A DNA stretch of 64,000 nucleotides from an uncultured Alphaproteobacteria bacterium (GCA_902527045.1 CABZNL010000005.1:332-64331), one strand, 5' to 3'. Numbered from the stretch's first letter, positions 1-10,920 are shown. Numbers and translations: made by a program. The notes: generated by a model not told the origin, from the sequence alone.

Positions 1-1
1 C

Positions 2-292
2 GTAAAAAAATTTACTGAAATTGCTAATAATGTAAATATTCATGGCGTTATTTGCTCAGGTGATGACCTGAGAATTTTAGGAAGATTTAACAAATTAATT
101 AAAATAACACCTGGTGTTAAAATGTTTGCTAGAAATGATGATCAAAAAAGAGTTACTTTTGCTCATAATGCTTTACAAGATGGTGCAAGCTTTGTTGTAA
201 TAGGAAGAGAATTAATAGAAAGTAAAAAACCATTAGAATTATTAAAAAAATATGGCGAACAACATAAAAATAAAAATTTGTGGACAAAATAA
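2..292 (+). CDS. pyrF: Orotidine-5'-phosphate decarboxylase, 3' part (runs off window start)
   Basis: My translation of frame 2: ...HGVICSG...ITPGVK...DDQKRV...GASFVVIGRELI, stop TAA 290-292. These are PyrF C-terminal motifs, and the gene sits upstream of trpF. Confidence 0.85.
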   Translation, partial: VKKFTEIANNVNIHGVICSGDDLRILGRFNKLIKITPGVKMFARNDDQKRVTFAHNALQDGASFVVIGRELIESKKPLELLKKYGEQHKNKNLWTK

Positions 293-878
293 TCCAGCCA
301 TTATTAATCACTGTCTTGATTTAAATATTTCTTATCAAGGTTTAATTTTTTATGAAAGAAGTCCAAGGTTTATAGATATAGAAACACTAGCTCTTGTTAA
401 TCAATATTTTAAAACACATAAAGAAAAATTTGTGGGTGTTTTTGTTAATCCATCAATTGATGAAATTAAAAATAAATTAGAAGTTTTTGATTTTGATACA
501 ATTCAACTTCATGGGAATGAAGATCAAAATTTTATAAGTGAAGTTAAAAGTAATTTTAAGAAAAAGATATATAAATCAATATCCCCACAAGATTTTAAAA
601 CAACTGGGTTAATTGATGTAGATCAGTTCCTCATCGAAGCCGAACCCTCTTCAAATCAGATGCCTGGAGGAAACAATAAAACTTGGAATTGGTCTGATTT
701 TGAAAATATTAAAAATCTTCCTTATATTTTGTCAGGAGGTCTAAATGTCACTAATATAAAAAAAGCAATTAACTTAACAGGTGCAGATTTTGTTGATATA
801 AACTCTGGTGTAGAGGAACAACCAGGTGAAAAAAGCCTTACTTTGATAGATGGCATCATTTCATCAATTTATAATTAA
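252..878 (+). CDS. trpF: Phosphoribosylanthranilate isomerase
   Basis: IKICG, SPR, VGVFVN, IQLHG, LSGGL and VDINSGVE motifs; precedes trpB. Confidence 0.93.
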   Translation: MANNIKIKICGQNNPAIINHCLDLNISYQGLIFYERSPRFIDIETLALVNQYFKTHKEKFVGVFVNPSIDEIKNKLEVFDFDTIQLHGNEDQNFISEVKSNFKKKIYKSISPQDFKTTGLIDVDQFLIEAEPSSNQMPGGNNKTWNWSDFENIKNLPYILSGGLNVTNIKKAINLTGADFVDINSGVEEQPGEKSLTLIDGIISSIYN

Positions 879-2083
879 TGAAAACATATAAACAACCTAG
901 TACTATTGGCAGATTTGGTGAATTTGGTGGCATGTATGTTGCAGAAACTTTAATGCCCCTATTATTAAATTTAGATAAATCTTACAAAAAAATTCAAAAG
1001 GATAAAAAATTTAAAAAAGAGCTGAATGATCTTTTTAAAAACTATGTGGGGAGGCCATCCTCTTTGCACTACGCCAAAAATTTATCTAAGTTTATTAATG
1101 GACCAAAAGTATATTTTAAAAGAGATGAGCTAAATCATACAGGGGCCCATAAAATTAATAATTGCTTAGGGCAGATACTTCTTGCAAAAAAAATGGGTAA
1201 AACAAGAATTATTGCTGAAACGGGTGCTGGACAACACGGAGTTGCAACAGCTACCGTTTGTTCTCTTTTCGGACTTCCTTGTTATATCTTCATGGGTTCT
1301 AAAGATATCGAAAGACAAAAGCCAAATGTTTTCCGAATGAAGCTTCTGGGTGCCACCATTATTCCCGTTGAGTCTGGAAGTAAATCTTTAAAAGATGCGA
1401 TGAATGAAGCTTTAAGAGATTGGATTAAAAATGTTAGAGATACTTTTTATATTATTGGATCCACTGCAGGTCCCCACCCCTATCCAAAAATGGTAAGGGA
1501 TTTTCAATCTGTAATTGGAAAAGAGGCTAGAGAGCAAATACTAAAAGTTGAGAAAAAACTACCAGATTATTTGATAGCTTGCGTTGGAGGTGGATCAAAT
1601 GCTATGGGTTTATTTTATCCATTTTTAAACGATAAAAAGGTAAAGATTATTGGAGTTGAGGCAGCAGGTAGAGGCGCTAAAACAGAAGAAACAGCTGCTA
1701 CAATGACCTCTGGAACTCCTGGTATTTTACATGGTAGTTACAGTTATGTCTTACAAGACAACGATGGACAAATAAAAGAAGCTCATTCTATTTCTGCCGG
1801 TCTCGATTATCCTGGTGTAGGGCCTGAACACTCCCACCTAAAAGATATTAAAAGAGTTAAGTACTTTGGTATAAACGATAAAGAAGCCCTTGAAGCATTT
1901 CAAACATGTTCAAAATTAGAGGGAATTATCCCTGCACTAGAACCCTCACATGCTCTAGCCTACTTAATTAAAGCATTTAAAAATAAACATAAAAATAAAG
2001 TTGTAATTTTAAATATGTGTGGAAGAGGTGATAAAGATTTATTTACCGCAGCCAAAGCGATTGGGTTTGACGCAGATGAATAA
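878..2083 (+). CDS. trpB: Tryptophan synthase beta chain
   Basis: [11 protein letters not shown] (PLP Lys), [32 protein letters not shown]. Confidence 0.98.
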   Translation: MKTYKQPSTIGRFGEFGGMYVAETLMPLLLNLDKSYKKIQKDKKFKKELNDLFKNYVGRPSSLHYAKNLSKFINGPKVYFKRDELNHTGAHKINNCLGQILLAKKMGKTRIIAETGAGQHGVATATVCSLFGLPCYIFMGSKDIERQKPNVFRMKLLGATIIPVESGSKSLKDAMNEALRDWIKNVRDTFYIIGSTAGPHPYPKMVRDFQSVIGKEAREQILKVEKKLPDYLIACVGGGSNAMGLFYPFLNDKKVKIIGVEAAGRGAKTEETAATMTSGTPGILHGSYSYVLQDNDGQIKEAHSISAGLDYPGVGPEHSHLKDIKRVKYFGINDKEALEAFQTCSKLEGIIPALEPSHALAYLIKAFKNKHKNKVVILNMCGRGDKDLFTAAKAIGFDADE

Positions 2084-2852
2084 TTTAGACACTCTTCCTA
2101 AAAAAAAAATACTTTCATTGTTTATGACATGTGGATTTCCTACATTGTCTCAAAGTAAAAAAATCTTCAATGAAATACTATCTCATCAACCTGATGTTAT
2201 TGAATTTGGACTTCCCTTTTCTGATCCGATGGCAGATGGGCCTATTATTCAAGAAGCAAATAAACTTGCACTTAGTTCAAACCTGTCAACACAACAATCA
2301 TTAAATTTAATAAAAGAATTAAGTAAATCTAAAAACAATACTTCATTTGTTATTATGTGCTATTTAAATACTGTTCGCAAATTTGGTTTAGATAAATTCA
2401 TTAAAAGTATAAAGAATATTGTTGATGGAATAATCATTGTGGATTTACCTTTTGAAGAAGAAAGTGAAATTAAAAAGTCTTTATCTAAAAATAATATTCA
2501 TTTGATTAAATTAATCTCGCCGATGACAGATAAGAAAAGAGCTCAAAAACTTTTAAAGGGTTCAAAAGGTTTTATTTATTATGTATCAGCAACGGGAATT
2601 ACTGGCTCAAATAAATTAGATTTCAAAGAAATTAATAAAAATGTTAAATTTCTAAAAAAGATGACAAATATTCCAGTTTTAGTGGGATTTGGTATAAAGT
2701 CAAAAAACGATGTACTCGAAATATCAAAAAAAACTAATGCTGATGGTGTTATAATTGGCTCTGCTCTTATACAAAAATATTTTGATTTAAAAATGGATCT
2801 TAATAAATATGTCATTGGTTTGAAAAAATTTATTCAAGAAGTAAAGATTTAA
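2076..2852 (+). CDS. trpA: Tryptophan synthase alpha chain
   Basis: [41 protein letters not shown]. Start moved to ATG 2076, which overlaps the trpB end. Confidence 0.95.
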   Translation: MNNLDTLPKKKILSLFMTCGFPTLSQSKKIFNEILSHQPDVIEFGLPFSDPMADGPIIQEANKLALSSNLSTQQSLNLIKELSKSKNNTSFVIMCYLNTVRKFGLDKFIKSIKNIVDGIIIVDLPFEEESEIKKSLSKNNIHLIKLISPMTDKKRAQKLLKGSKGFIYYVSATGITGSNKLDFKEINKNVKFLKKMTNIPVLVGFGIKSKNDVLEISKKTNADGVIIGSALIQKYFDLKMDLNKYVIGLKKFIQEVKI

Positions 2853-3698
2853 ATGAACTGGCTTACAGATTTTGTTAAACCTAAGCTAAGCTCTCTTGTC
2901 ACAAAAAGGGACTCACCCTCAGATCTTTGGACAAACTGTAATAAATGTAACTTAATGTTATATAAATCTGATCTTAAAGAAAATCTATTCGTTTGTTCTC
3001 ATTGTGACAATCACATGAACATAGATGTGAATAGTAGACTTTTAAATTTATTTAATAATGATGCATACGAAATAATTGATATTCCTTTTGAGAATAATGA
3101 CCCTTTAAAATTCAAAGATCTAAAAAAGTATTCCGACAGAATGAAAGATGCCCAAAAAAAGACTGATAGAAAAGATGCAGCCGTTGTTGCTAAAGGTGAG
3201 ATTGGAAACACTCAAGTAGTAATTTTTATTTTAGATTTTAATTTTATGGGTGGTTCAATGGGCCAGTTTGTCGGGGAAGCTTTTAAGATTGGTTGTATGA
3301 AAGCTATTGAATCAAATTGTCCTTTTATTTCTGTTGCTTCTTCAGGTGGCGCTAGAATGCAAGAAGGTATAGTAAGTTTGATGCAACTTCCTAAAACGGT
3401 TGCTGCTGTAAATATGTTAGATCAAAATAAAATTCCATATGTCAGTGTTCTAACACATCCAACTACAGGTGGTGTTAGTGCTTCATTTGCCATGCTTGGA
3501 GATATCATTATTGCAGAAAAAGGAAGTATGATTGGTTTTGCTGGCAAAAGAGTGATAGAGGAAACGATTAAAGAACAGTTACCTGAAGATTTTCAAACAG
3601 CTGAATATCTTTTAGAGCACGGGATGATTGATATGGTTGTTCATCGTAAAGAATTAAATCAGTCTCTCTCAAAAGTTTTATCTTTTGTAAAAAAATAA
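2853..3698 (+). CDS. accD: Acetyl-CoA carboxylase carboxyltransferase beta subunit
   Basis: Zn-finger CxxC..CxxC, FMGGSMG, SGGARMQEG, PTTGGVSASFA. Confidence 0.97.
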   Translation: MNWLTDFVKPKLSSLVTKRDSPSDLWTNCNKCNLMLYKSDLKENLFVCSHCDNHMNIDVNSRLLNLFNNDAYEIIDIPFENNDPLKFKDLKKYSDRMKDAQKKTDRKDAAVVAKGEIGNTQVVIFILDFNFMGGSMGQFVGEAFKIGCMKAIESNCPFISVASSGGARMQEGIVSLMQLPKTVAAVNMLDQNKIPYVSVLTHPTTGGVSASFAMLGDIIIAEKGSMIGFAGKRVIEETIKEQLPEDFQTAEYLLEHGMIDMVVHRKELNQSLSKVLSFVKK

Positions 3699-3702
3699 GA
3701 TC

Positions 3703-4956
3703 TTGCAAGATCCCATTTTTCAAAGACTACTAAAACTTCACCCTAAGTTTTCTGACCTATCTTTAGGAAGAATTAAAAAACTTCTTAAAAAAATAAATTT
3801 TGATGAGAGTTTATTACCAAAAGTAATTCATATAGCCGGTACTAATGGTAAGGGTTCAACAGCAGCAATTTTAAAGTCAATACTCAACCACCATGATTAT
3901 TCAACACATGTTTACTCTACCCCACACCTAGTAAAGTTTAATGAAAGAATACAATTAAGATCAAAAGATATTTCCAATCAAAAGTTATTAAAATATTTAA
4001 GATATTGTGAAAATATAAATGAAGGAAATTTAATTACTTTTTTTGAAATAACTACAGCGGCAGCTTTTAAAGCTTTTCAAGATCATAAAGCTGACTATTT
4101 AATTTTAGAAGTAGGACTCGGCGGAAGGTTTGACGCTACAAATATAATCAAAAAATCAAAGTTTGCAGCCATTACTCCGATTTCATTAGATCATCAAGAC
4201 TATCTAGGTACTTCGTTAAATCAAATCGCATTCGAAAAACTAGGTATTTTGAATTCAAAAAGTACAATTTTTGTTAACAGGCAAAAGTTAGGAGTAATGA
4301 ATTATATTAAGTTACAACTAAAGAAAAGAAAATTGAATGCAGATATTTATAATGATGAATGGAAGATAAGATCTAAATTTTATATTTCTGATAATGTAAA
4401 AGTAGATATGTCAAAATTAAATTTATTGGGCTCACATCAATTAATTAATGCTGGATTAGGAATACATTTAGCAAAAAATATTTTAAAAGATGCATTTGAT
4501 GCGGAAGTGACGCAAAAAGCATTAACAAATTGTCAATGGCCAGGGAGATTACAAAAAATTAAAAGTGGTGTGTTAACAAGAAAGATTAAAAAATTCAAAG
4601 ATATTTATTTAGATGGATTCCACAATATAGATGGAATGAGAGCCTTGATTGCATCATTAACTAAAAATAAAAAAATATTAATATGCTCTTTTTTAAATAA
4701 TAAAAAGTATTTGCAAATGCTTAATAGTTTGTCAAAACACTTTAATAAGATTTTAGTAGTGAAAATGGAAGAAGAAAATTCTATTACTAAAGAACTATTG
4801 CCCAAAAATCTCTCTTTATATTTTGCTGACTCTTTAGAGCAGTCTTTTAAAACTATAAATAAAATATCCTCAAAACAGACTTCTGTTTATTTTGGAGGTT
4901 CTTTGTATTTTATTGGTGAAGTTATAAAAAAGAATCAACCTCGAAAATTAATTTAG
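3703..4956 (+). CDS. folC: Folylpolyglutamate synthase/dihydrofolate synthase
   Basis: IHIAGTNGKGS, TPHLVKFNERI, EVGLGGRFDATN, WPGRLQ. Confidence 0.95.
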   Translation: MQDPIFQRLLKLHPKFSDLSLGRIKKLLKKINFDESLLPKVIHIAGTNGKGSTAAILKSILNHHDYSTHVYSTPHLVKFNERIQLRSKDISNQKLLKYLRYCENINEGNLITFFEITTAAAFKAFQDHKADYLILEVGLGGRFDATNIIKKSKFAAITPISLDHQDYLGTSLNQIAFEKLGILNSKSTIFVNRQKLGVMNYIKLQLKKRKLNADIYNDEWKIRSKFYISDNVKVDMSKLNLLGSHQLINAGLGIHLAKNILKDAFDAEVTQKALTNCQWPGRLQKIKSGVLTRKIKKFKDIYLDGFHNIDGMRALIASLTKNKKILICSFLNNKKYLQMLNSLSKHFNKILVVKMEEENSITKELLPKNLSLYFADSLEQSFKTINKISSKQTSVYFGGSLYFIGEVIKKNQPRKLI

Positions 4957-5044
4957 TTAATACAATTTTTTTTAAAGGCAATCTATTTGATCCATTTTTA
5001 TAAGATAAAGGTAAAAAATTGTGATTAACCTTAATCCTCCAAAA

Positions 5045-5077
5045 AACCATTCTTGTGGTTTGACTGCAAGAATGGTT
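5045..5077. terminator. Hairpin between convergent genes; likely intrinsic terminator
   Basis: AACCATTCTTG-N11-CAAGAATGGTT, an 11-bp perfect stem, followed by a T-run on the minus strand. Confidence 0.7.
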
Positions 5078-5081
5078 CTCC

Positions 5082-5417
5082 TCAAATCTTAGATTTATTT
5101 TTATAATACAATAATAAAGCTAACGTTTCGTATGCAATATTCCATAATTGTTTAAAAATTGGTAACTTTAATATTAACGATAAATATTTCCATCTGGGCA
5201 TGGTATCCCACAAAATTAAAAATGACTCTGATCCTGAGATCAGCCTACCCTGATGGTAAACGTGCATTCTTCTGAATAAATCTTTTTTTGAAAGGTGATT
5301 TATATGTTCATCTCTGTCTTTGGAGATATCAACGTAGTTTATATCACATGTTTTTTTTTTATAATGACTTATTTCAGCATTACAAATATTACATGATCCA
5401 TTGAAATATACTTTCAT
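5082..5417 (-). CDS. DCC1-like thiol-disulfide oxidoreductase family protein (DUF393)
   Basis: MKVYFNGSCNIC (DxxCxxC-like), then RMHV..G..AF-like segment; start placed at ATG 5417. Confidence 0.75.
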   Translation of the reverse strand: MKVYFNGSCNICNAEISHYKKKTCDINYVDISKDRDEHINHLSKKDLFRRMHVYHQGRLISGSESFLILWDTMPRWKYLSLILKLPIFKQLWNIAYETLALLLYYKNKSKI

Positions 5418-5418
5418 T

Positions 5419-6036
5419 TTAATTTGTACTTGGCGGCACTGTGCCATCTTTCATTAAATCGTAACCCTTTATAACAGCAGGTCTAAGTGCAATTTTATTA
5501 TACCATCTGGTCAAATTTAAATATTTATTTAAACCAATATCGTGGATTGGATGTCGTGCAATCCAAGGGAATGTTGCAATGTCAGCAATTGAATATTCTC
5601 TTGCTAAATATTCATTGTTAGATAAATGATCATCCAAATTTTTGTAAATAGTTTCTGCTATTTTAAAATATCTTTGTTCTCCAAATTCACTTTTACCTGG
5701 GTTGTAATGATGAAATTGATGATGCTGACCTAACATTGGTCCAATATAACCCATCTGTGCCATCAGCCATTGAGTCGTTAAATTTTGATTTAAACCATAA
5801 AACTCTCCAGAGAAGTTTGCTAAATATATTAATATCGCACCAGATTCAAAGATAGTCTGGTTTTCATGTCTGAGTACAGGAATTTTTGAAAAAGGTGAGA
5901 TTTTTTTAAAATCTTCATGGAACTGTTCACCTTTGTTTAAGTTAATAAATGTAATCGAGTAATTTTCGTTGATCTCCTCTAACATTATTGAAATTTTTCT
6001 AGCATTTGGAGTTGAGTCTGCAAATAACTCAAACAT
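5419..6036 (-). CDS. Glutathione S-transferase (YfcG/Ure2-like)
   Basis: TPNARKISIMLEE, SKIPVL, IFESGAILIYLA, YSIADIATFPW. Confidence 0.9.
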   Translation of the reverse strand: MFELFADSTPNARKISIMLEEINENYSITFINLNKGEQFHEDFKKISPFSKIPVLRHENQTIFESGAILIYLANFSGEFYGLNQNLTTQWLMAQMGYIGPMLGQHHQFHHYNPGKSEFGEQRYFKIAETIYKNLDDHLSNNEYLAREYSIADIATFPWIARHPIHDIGLNKYLNLTRWYNKIALRPAVIKGYDLMKDGTVPPSTN

Positions 6037-6372
6037 CTAAATAAGGCTCATAATGTATTTGTGAACAAAATATCCTATTACTAGCAAAGTTAATCCGATC
6101 AAGTAAATTAGCCAAAAATTCATATTAAGATTTTTTGCGAAGAAGAAGGGTAAGAAAAATAAATATGAGACAGGTACTCCAATTAAAATACTTTTAGCAA
6201 AAATTACAGTATTTTCGGTATTTTTATGCTCTAAGAAAGAGAAGGCAATGGCGATAATACTCGCGATTGGAAGAGCGATAATAAATCCAGATAGCTCTGG
6301 TCTTTTACCAGAAAGCCAGCTTGCAAATGTAATTATAAGTGCAGCTAGTATTACTTTAAGAGCAAAAATCAT
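6037..6372 (-). CDS. Small multi-pass membrane protein (DUF3147-like)
   Basis: Four hydrophobic segments; GFIIALPIASII pattern. Confidence 0.55.
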   Translation of the reverse strand: MIFALKVILAALIITFASWLSGKRPELSGFIIALPIASIIAIAFSFLEHKNTENTVIFAKSILIGVPVSYLFFLPFFFAKNLNMNFWLIYLIGLTLLVIGYFVHKYIMSLI

Positions 6373-6401
6373 ATTTAATATTTTATACTAATAAATAAAA
6401 A

Positions 6402-7238
6402 TTAAAGATTATTTTCAGGAACTAAGAACGTTGTAGAGGCCCAGTCACTATGCCAAATTGGTTCTTGTTCATCAGGCTTTGATTTTAATGGATAAATGAC
6501 AACTGAGTCTAATAGATACTCCTTACCTGGTTCTGTTTCAAAAGTAAATTTACCCTTCTCATCTGTTTTGACATTTGAAACAGATAATTTAGAGTTTTTA
6601 TATTTTGAGAAAATTGTGATGAGGTTATTTGGTAGTGGTTTTTTTTTATAATATAAAGTTGCACTTATTTGATTAGAGTCAAAATTTGTATAAGGGTTTT
6701 GATCTAAAACAAATTCAAATAAAAGTCCTGTTTTTTTATCTTTTCCTTTACTAGCACTACTTGTGGTAATTAAAGATTTTGCATAACGCCGATAACTCTC
6801 CATAAAATTACTTTGGGGGAAGTCTTTATCTAAATGAGTTTGAATTAATTGTTCATAACCCTTTTCAGAAACAAAATCCTTAAATTTTTGAAATTTTTTG
6901 TAATTTACAAATTTATCAGTAGTTTCGTGATAAATAATTAATAAGTCTTCCAACTTTGTCTTTGTGTTTAATGCTGGTACATCTCCAAGTATACCTTTGA
7001 CTTTTTCTTTTTTATTTTTAGACCCAGATAAAATTTTAAAAGTTTTAAAATCTTGTGGATTATACATTAAGGCCATACCTTGAAATTCTTGTCCCACTCT
7101 CAAGTGAGCATTTATTATGTTATCATTAATCTGGTATTTAGTTGGCTCAATCCAAAATTCGTGAGCACTTACCTGAACAATGCAAGCAGTGAGGAATGAA
7201 AAAACATAAAGAATTCTTAATTGAACTTTGGTAAACAT
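6402..7238 (-). CDS. DUF4198 family periplasmic protein (Ni/Co uptake-associated)
   Basis: Signal peptide followed by AHEFWIEP; YRRYAKSL, KTDEKG..F, WHSDWASTTF. Confidence 0.8.
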   Translation of the reverse strand: MFTKVQLRILYVFSFLTACIVQVSAHEFWIEPTKYQINDNIINAHLRVGQEFQGMALMYNPQDFKTFKILSGSKNKKEKVKGILGDVPALNTKTKLEDLLIIYHETTDKFVNYKKFQKFKDFVSEKGYEQLIQTHLDKDFPQSNFMESYRRYAKSLITTSSASKGKDKKTGLLFEFVLDQNPYTNFDSNQISATLYYKKKPLPNNLITIFSKYKNSKLSVSNVKTDEKGKFTFETEPGKEYLLDSVVIYPLKSKPDEQEPIWHSDWASTTFLVPENNL

Positions 7239-7244
7239 GACTAA

Positions 7245-8351
7245 ATGATAAAGTACTTATTCTTTTTAATTCTTCTATTAAGCCCTCCTCTGCATACACA
7301 TGAAATTAAACCTGCGATCGTAGATATTACCATTATAGAGGAAAATGCTTCAATTGAATTTAAATTGAATGCTGAAACTGTGCTGTCTGAAATTGATGCT
7401 TCGGTTTATGTTGATACAAATAATTCTCCTCAGTCTCAAAAATATGACCAATTTAGGGCCTTTTCTGTTCAAGAAATAGAAAAGTTAGTATTTAAAAATA
7501 AGTCTAAATTTATTAATAAGATCCAAATCAATAACGAGAGTGAGATCATACCTCTCTTACTAAATAAAGTAGAGACGTTTGATGAGACAAACGAAGAGAT
7601 GCCGAGAGATACTGTTTTATATCTCAATTTCGATATCAAAGACTTTTCTACGTTTACAGTTCAATTTGATAAAAAGATAGGACCTGTTGTAATTAGACAA
7701 TTTGAAGATTTATCAAAAGAGTCTGTCTTGTTTACAAGTTATTTACAGCCAGCTGAAAAATCGCCCCTTTTATCACAACAGTCACAATCCTCAGTAGGAA
7801 AAACAATAATTGAATATTTAATTCTAGGAATAGAGCACATTGTTCCTAAAGGGCTAGATCATATATTATTTATTATAGGTATCTTTTTTTATGCAATTAA
7901 ATTTAAACCTCTATTACTTCAAGTTACCATGTTTACACTGGCACATTCTATTACACTAATTCTTGCTAGTTTTAATTTAATCTTTATCCCTGCAGTAATT
8001 GTAGAACCCTTGATAGCTCTATCTATCAGTTATGTCGCAATAGAAAATATTTTTCAAAGACGTTTGATTGTTCCTCGTTATGTCATAATTTTCATCTTTG
8101 GATTAATTCATGGCTTAGGTTTTGCTTTTGTTCTTGGAGATATCGGTTTGAATACAAGTCAACTGGTAATAAGTCTGATTTCATTTAACGTTGGAGTTGA
8201 AGTAGCTCAAATAGCAATCATTATTCTTGCATCAATTATTTTTATTCTACCCTCACGTCAAAGTTGGTATCGAGCATTTTTGCAAATTCCTATTTCTGTT
8301 ATAATCTCCTTAATAGGTTTATATTGGTTTATTGAAAGGGTATTCTTTTAG
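7245..8351 (+). CDS. HupE/UreJ family membrane protein with N-terminal periplasmic domain
   Basis: HTHE after signal peptide; GIEHI..GLDHILF, FTLAHSITL, FGLIHGLGFA, FNVGVE. Confidence 0.88.
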   Translation: MIKYLFFLILLLSPPLHTHEIKPAIVDITIIEENASIEFKLNAETVLSEIDASVYVDTNNSPQSQKYDQFRAFSVQEIEKLVFKNKSKFINKIQINNESEIIPLLLNKVETFDETNEEMPRDTVLYLNFDIKDFSTFTVQFDKKIGPVVIRQFEDLSKESVLFTSYLQPAEKSPLLSQQSQSSVGKTIIEYLILGIEHIVPKGLDHILFIIGIFFYAIKFKPLLLQVTMFTLAHSITLILASFNLIFIPAVIVEPLIALSISYVAIENIFQRRLIVPRYVIIFIFGLIHGLGFAFVLGDIGLNTSQLVISLISFNVGVEVAQIAIIILASIIFILPSRQSWYRAFLQIPISVIISLIGLYWFIERVFF

Positions 8352-8902
8352 AAGTCTACTTTTATAGTTCCTAAAATTGCTAAAGATTTATCTGCAATCA
8401 CAATTTCACCAGAGTTTGGATAATAATCAAGAAAGCCGCCGATGATCACATAATGCGTGACGAAAATTAGGTTCCCCCCACTATCGTCCCATCTATTAAT
8501 AAATTCACTCAATTCCAACATTTGTTTTGTGTGATTTTTTTGGTACTTACCAGAAAACGTTGAGTTTAATGCACTAAAATTCTCAAAATCTCCAAACGCA
8601 TACCGAGCTGTATCTTGGCAACGGCACCACTGACTAGAATAGACAAAGTCTACCGGTATAGAATATTCAATAAATAATTTGCCAATTGTTTGGGATTGAC
8701 GAATTCCTTGTTGATTTAAATTTCTTTGTGTTGAGCAGTCTTCTAATTCAAAGTTATCAGGATCTCCACCCCCTGGAGCGTAAGCATGACGAATAAAAAC
8801 TACTTTACCACCATCTTTTAGCAAATTCCAACTGGTCTCGTTGGAAAAAGAATGGGGGGTAAATAAAAAATAAAAAAGTAGAAAAAAATTAATAACTCTC
8901 AT
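8348..8902 (-). CDS. Histidine phosphatase (phosphoglycerate mutase-like) family, exported
   Basis: FIRHAYAPG, QRNL, SSQWCRCQDTA, FVTH. Confidence 0.85.
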   Translation of the reverse strand: MRVINFFLLFYFLFTPHSFSNETSWNLLKDGGKVVFIRHAYAPGGGDPDNFELEDCSTQRNLNQQGIRQSQTIGKLFIEYSIPVDFVYSSQWCRCQDTARYAFGDFENFSALNSTFSGKYQKNHTKQMLELSEFINRWDDSGGNLIFVTHYVIIGGFLDYYPNSGEIVIADKSLAILGTIKVDF

Positions 8903-9396
8903 TGTTGAGAGTGATACTGATGATAAGCTTGTTTTTTAACGTCATTCCAATACTGATCTGCTTCTTCAGCTGTATATTTCCCATAAAGTTGCATCCAAAG
9001 TTCAGTGGTCACTAAAGTCAAGGCCTCGTCTTTCTCTTTCCATTCATCATAGAACCAATGGTCCATCGAGGGCTCGACTCCTTTTTGAGAGAAATATTTT
9101 GCCTCTGAGTGTTTTCCATAAGTCTCTACGGACATTATTTTAGGAGCAAATTCTACGTCTTCAAAAAAACGTATGCGAGCAATATCATCGTCAGTTAAAC
9201 CACTAACCAATATTCCATCAACGCCCATGTAGTTATCACCAAAAATTATAACTGGGAAATTCTCGTCAATGACAAGGCGTAGTTCACTTTTAGGTGCAAA
9301 AGCAGGAGTTATATCTAAATGGTTAGATGTCTTTCCAATAACTTTTTCTAAAACTGAAATAGAACGAAGTGTGCCGTAAAAAAAATAATTACCCAT
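8899..9396 (-). CDS. Gamma-glutamylcyclotransferase (AIG2-like) family protein
   Basis: YFFYGTL at the N-terminus; FP....VDG, RIRFFE. Confidence 0.8.
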   Translation of the reverse strand: MGNYFFYGTLRSISVLEKVIGKTSNHLDITPAFAPKSELRLVIDENFPVIIFGDNYMGVDGILVSGLTDDDIARIRFFEDVEFAPKIMSVETYGKHSEAKYFSQKGVEPSMDHWFYDEWKEKDEALTLVTTELWMQLYGKYTAEEADQYWNDVKKQAYHQYHSQQ

Positions 9397-9403
9397 AATC
9401 GTT

Positions 9404-10180
9404 TTAAAAGAATTCTGGAAGTGTTACTTGCTTTATTTTCATTTCTTCAAGGAGTATGCAAATTTGTTCAGATATTTCAATACTATTTGGTGTATCGCTA
9501 TGTACACAGATTGAATGTATATCTGTTTTTAAAGTATCCCCTGCGCGAGTAATAATTCCTTTTTGTATGAGCATTGCTCGAACGTGTTCACTGGCACTTT
9601 TGGGGTCTGTGATTAATGAACCACTTACAGAACGAGGTGTGAGTGTGCCATTACTCTCGTAAGTACGATCTGCAAAAATCTCAAGAGTAGTAGCAGTGTC
9701 ACTCTCCGAACTCATTTTTGCAAGTTCACTTAAAGCTGGCGCAAGTAATATCAAAGAAGGGTAATTTTTTTTTAAATAGCCTACTATTTCAGCAGAAAGA
9801 TCTTGGTCAATACAAGCCATGTTACTGAGAGCTCCGTGAAGTTTGATATGAGTCACTGTAGCACCCATTTCTAATGCAAGGTTATGAATAAAAAGTAATT
9901 GATCGTTGAGAATTTCATGGATGAGTTGCTTGTTCCAATTAATTTGTGACCGTCCAAAGTTGTCTCTATCTAAAAAAGAGACGTGAGCTCCAATTGAAAC
10001 ATTTTTTGTATTACAATAACTAAGTGCTTTAGAAACAACTTCTTTTGAACCCCCATGAAATAAACAGGAAATATTGGCAGAGCTAATTTTGTCTATTAGT
10101 TGCTTATCAACAGACTCATAAAAACTATGATTTTTTTCTGCTATATCAGAATTAAAATTAATTTTATTCAAATGCACCAA
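9404..10180 (-). CDS. pxpA: 5-oxoprolinase subunit A (LamB/YcsF)
   Basis: NSDIAE, ANISC..H, GAH, HIKLHGAL, EIFADR, ICVHSDT. True start may be GTG 10177. Confidence 0.88.
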   Translation of the reverse strand: MVHLNKINFNSDIAEKNHSFYESVDKQLIDKISSANISCLFHGGSKEVVSKALSYCNTKNVSIGAHVSFLDRDNFGRSQINWNKQLIHEILNDQLLFIHNLALEMGATVTHIKLHGALSNMACIDQDLSAEIVGYLKKNYPSLILLAPALSELAKMSSESDTATTLEIFADRTYESNGTLTPRSVSGSLITDPKSASEHVRAMLIQKGIITRAGDTLKTDIHSICVHSDTPNSIEISEQICILLEEMKIKQVTLPEFF

Positions 10181-10200
10181 AGTTACATTAAGATATTAGT

Positions 10201-10920
10201 GTGTATTTCAAAGGAATAAATTCTTATGGAGACCGAGGGATGGTCTTAGATTTTGGAGATGACTCCTCAAAATCTATATCGATAGAGGTGAATAAAGCAT
10301 TTTCCACTATTTCAAATCTTGGACTGCCTTTACTTAATATAATTCCTTCATTTAATAAAATTGTAATCATTTTTGAAAATTCGCAAATACGCGATCAAAA
10401 TAAAGAAAAAATTACTTTAGAGATGAGTGAGATAAAATCTCAATCTTATAAAAGTGCCAATAAAACATGGAAAATACCTGCCTGTTATGATGAAAGTTTC
10501 GCTTTAGATTTAAAGTTAATTCAAAGACTTCATCAGATAACAAAAGAAGAGATAATAAATCTTCATACCTCTGAGAGTTACTATACTTATTATATAGGCT
10601 TCATGCCTGGATTTCCGTATCTGGGCGATATCCACTCTCAATTAATTACACCGCGATTAGCCACTCCAAGAATTAATATTCCTGCTCGATCCATTGGAAT
10701 AGCTAAAAACCACACTTGCATATATCCAAAAATATCACCAGGTGGCTGGAATATTATCGGACAAATACCCTTCGATATATTTGATCTTCAAAACCCTAAC
10801 CCCTCTCTTTTTTTACCTGGAGACAAGGTAAGTTTTTACTCTGTCAACCACAAAGAGTTTCAGCAAATCCAAAAGAAACATTTTTCAATTAATGAATTGA
10901 TCAAGGAATACTCCTCATGA
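10201..10920 (+). CDS. pxpB: 5-oxoprolinase subunit B
   Basis: YGDRG, IPACY, IGFMPGFPYLG, PRL..PR, SPGGWNIIG. Confidence 0.9.
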   Translation: MYFKGINSYGDRGMVLDFGDDSSKSISIEVNKAFSTISNLGLPLLNIIPSFNKIVIIFENSQIRDQNKEKITLEMSEIKSQSYKSANKTWKIPACYDESFALDLKLIQRLHQITKEEIINLHTSESYYTYYIGFMPGFPYLGDIHSQLITPRLATPRINIPARSIGIAKNHTCIYPKISPGGWNIIGQIPFDIFDLQNPNPSLFLPGDKVSFYSVNHKEFQQIQKKHFSINELIKEYSS

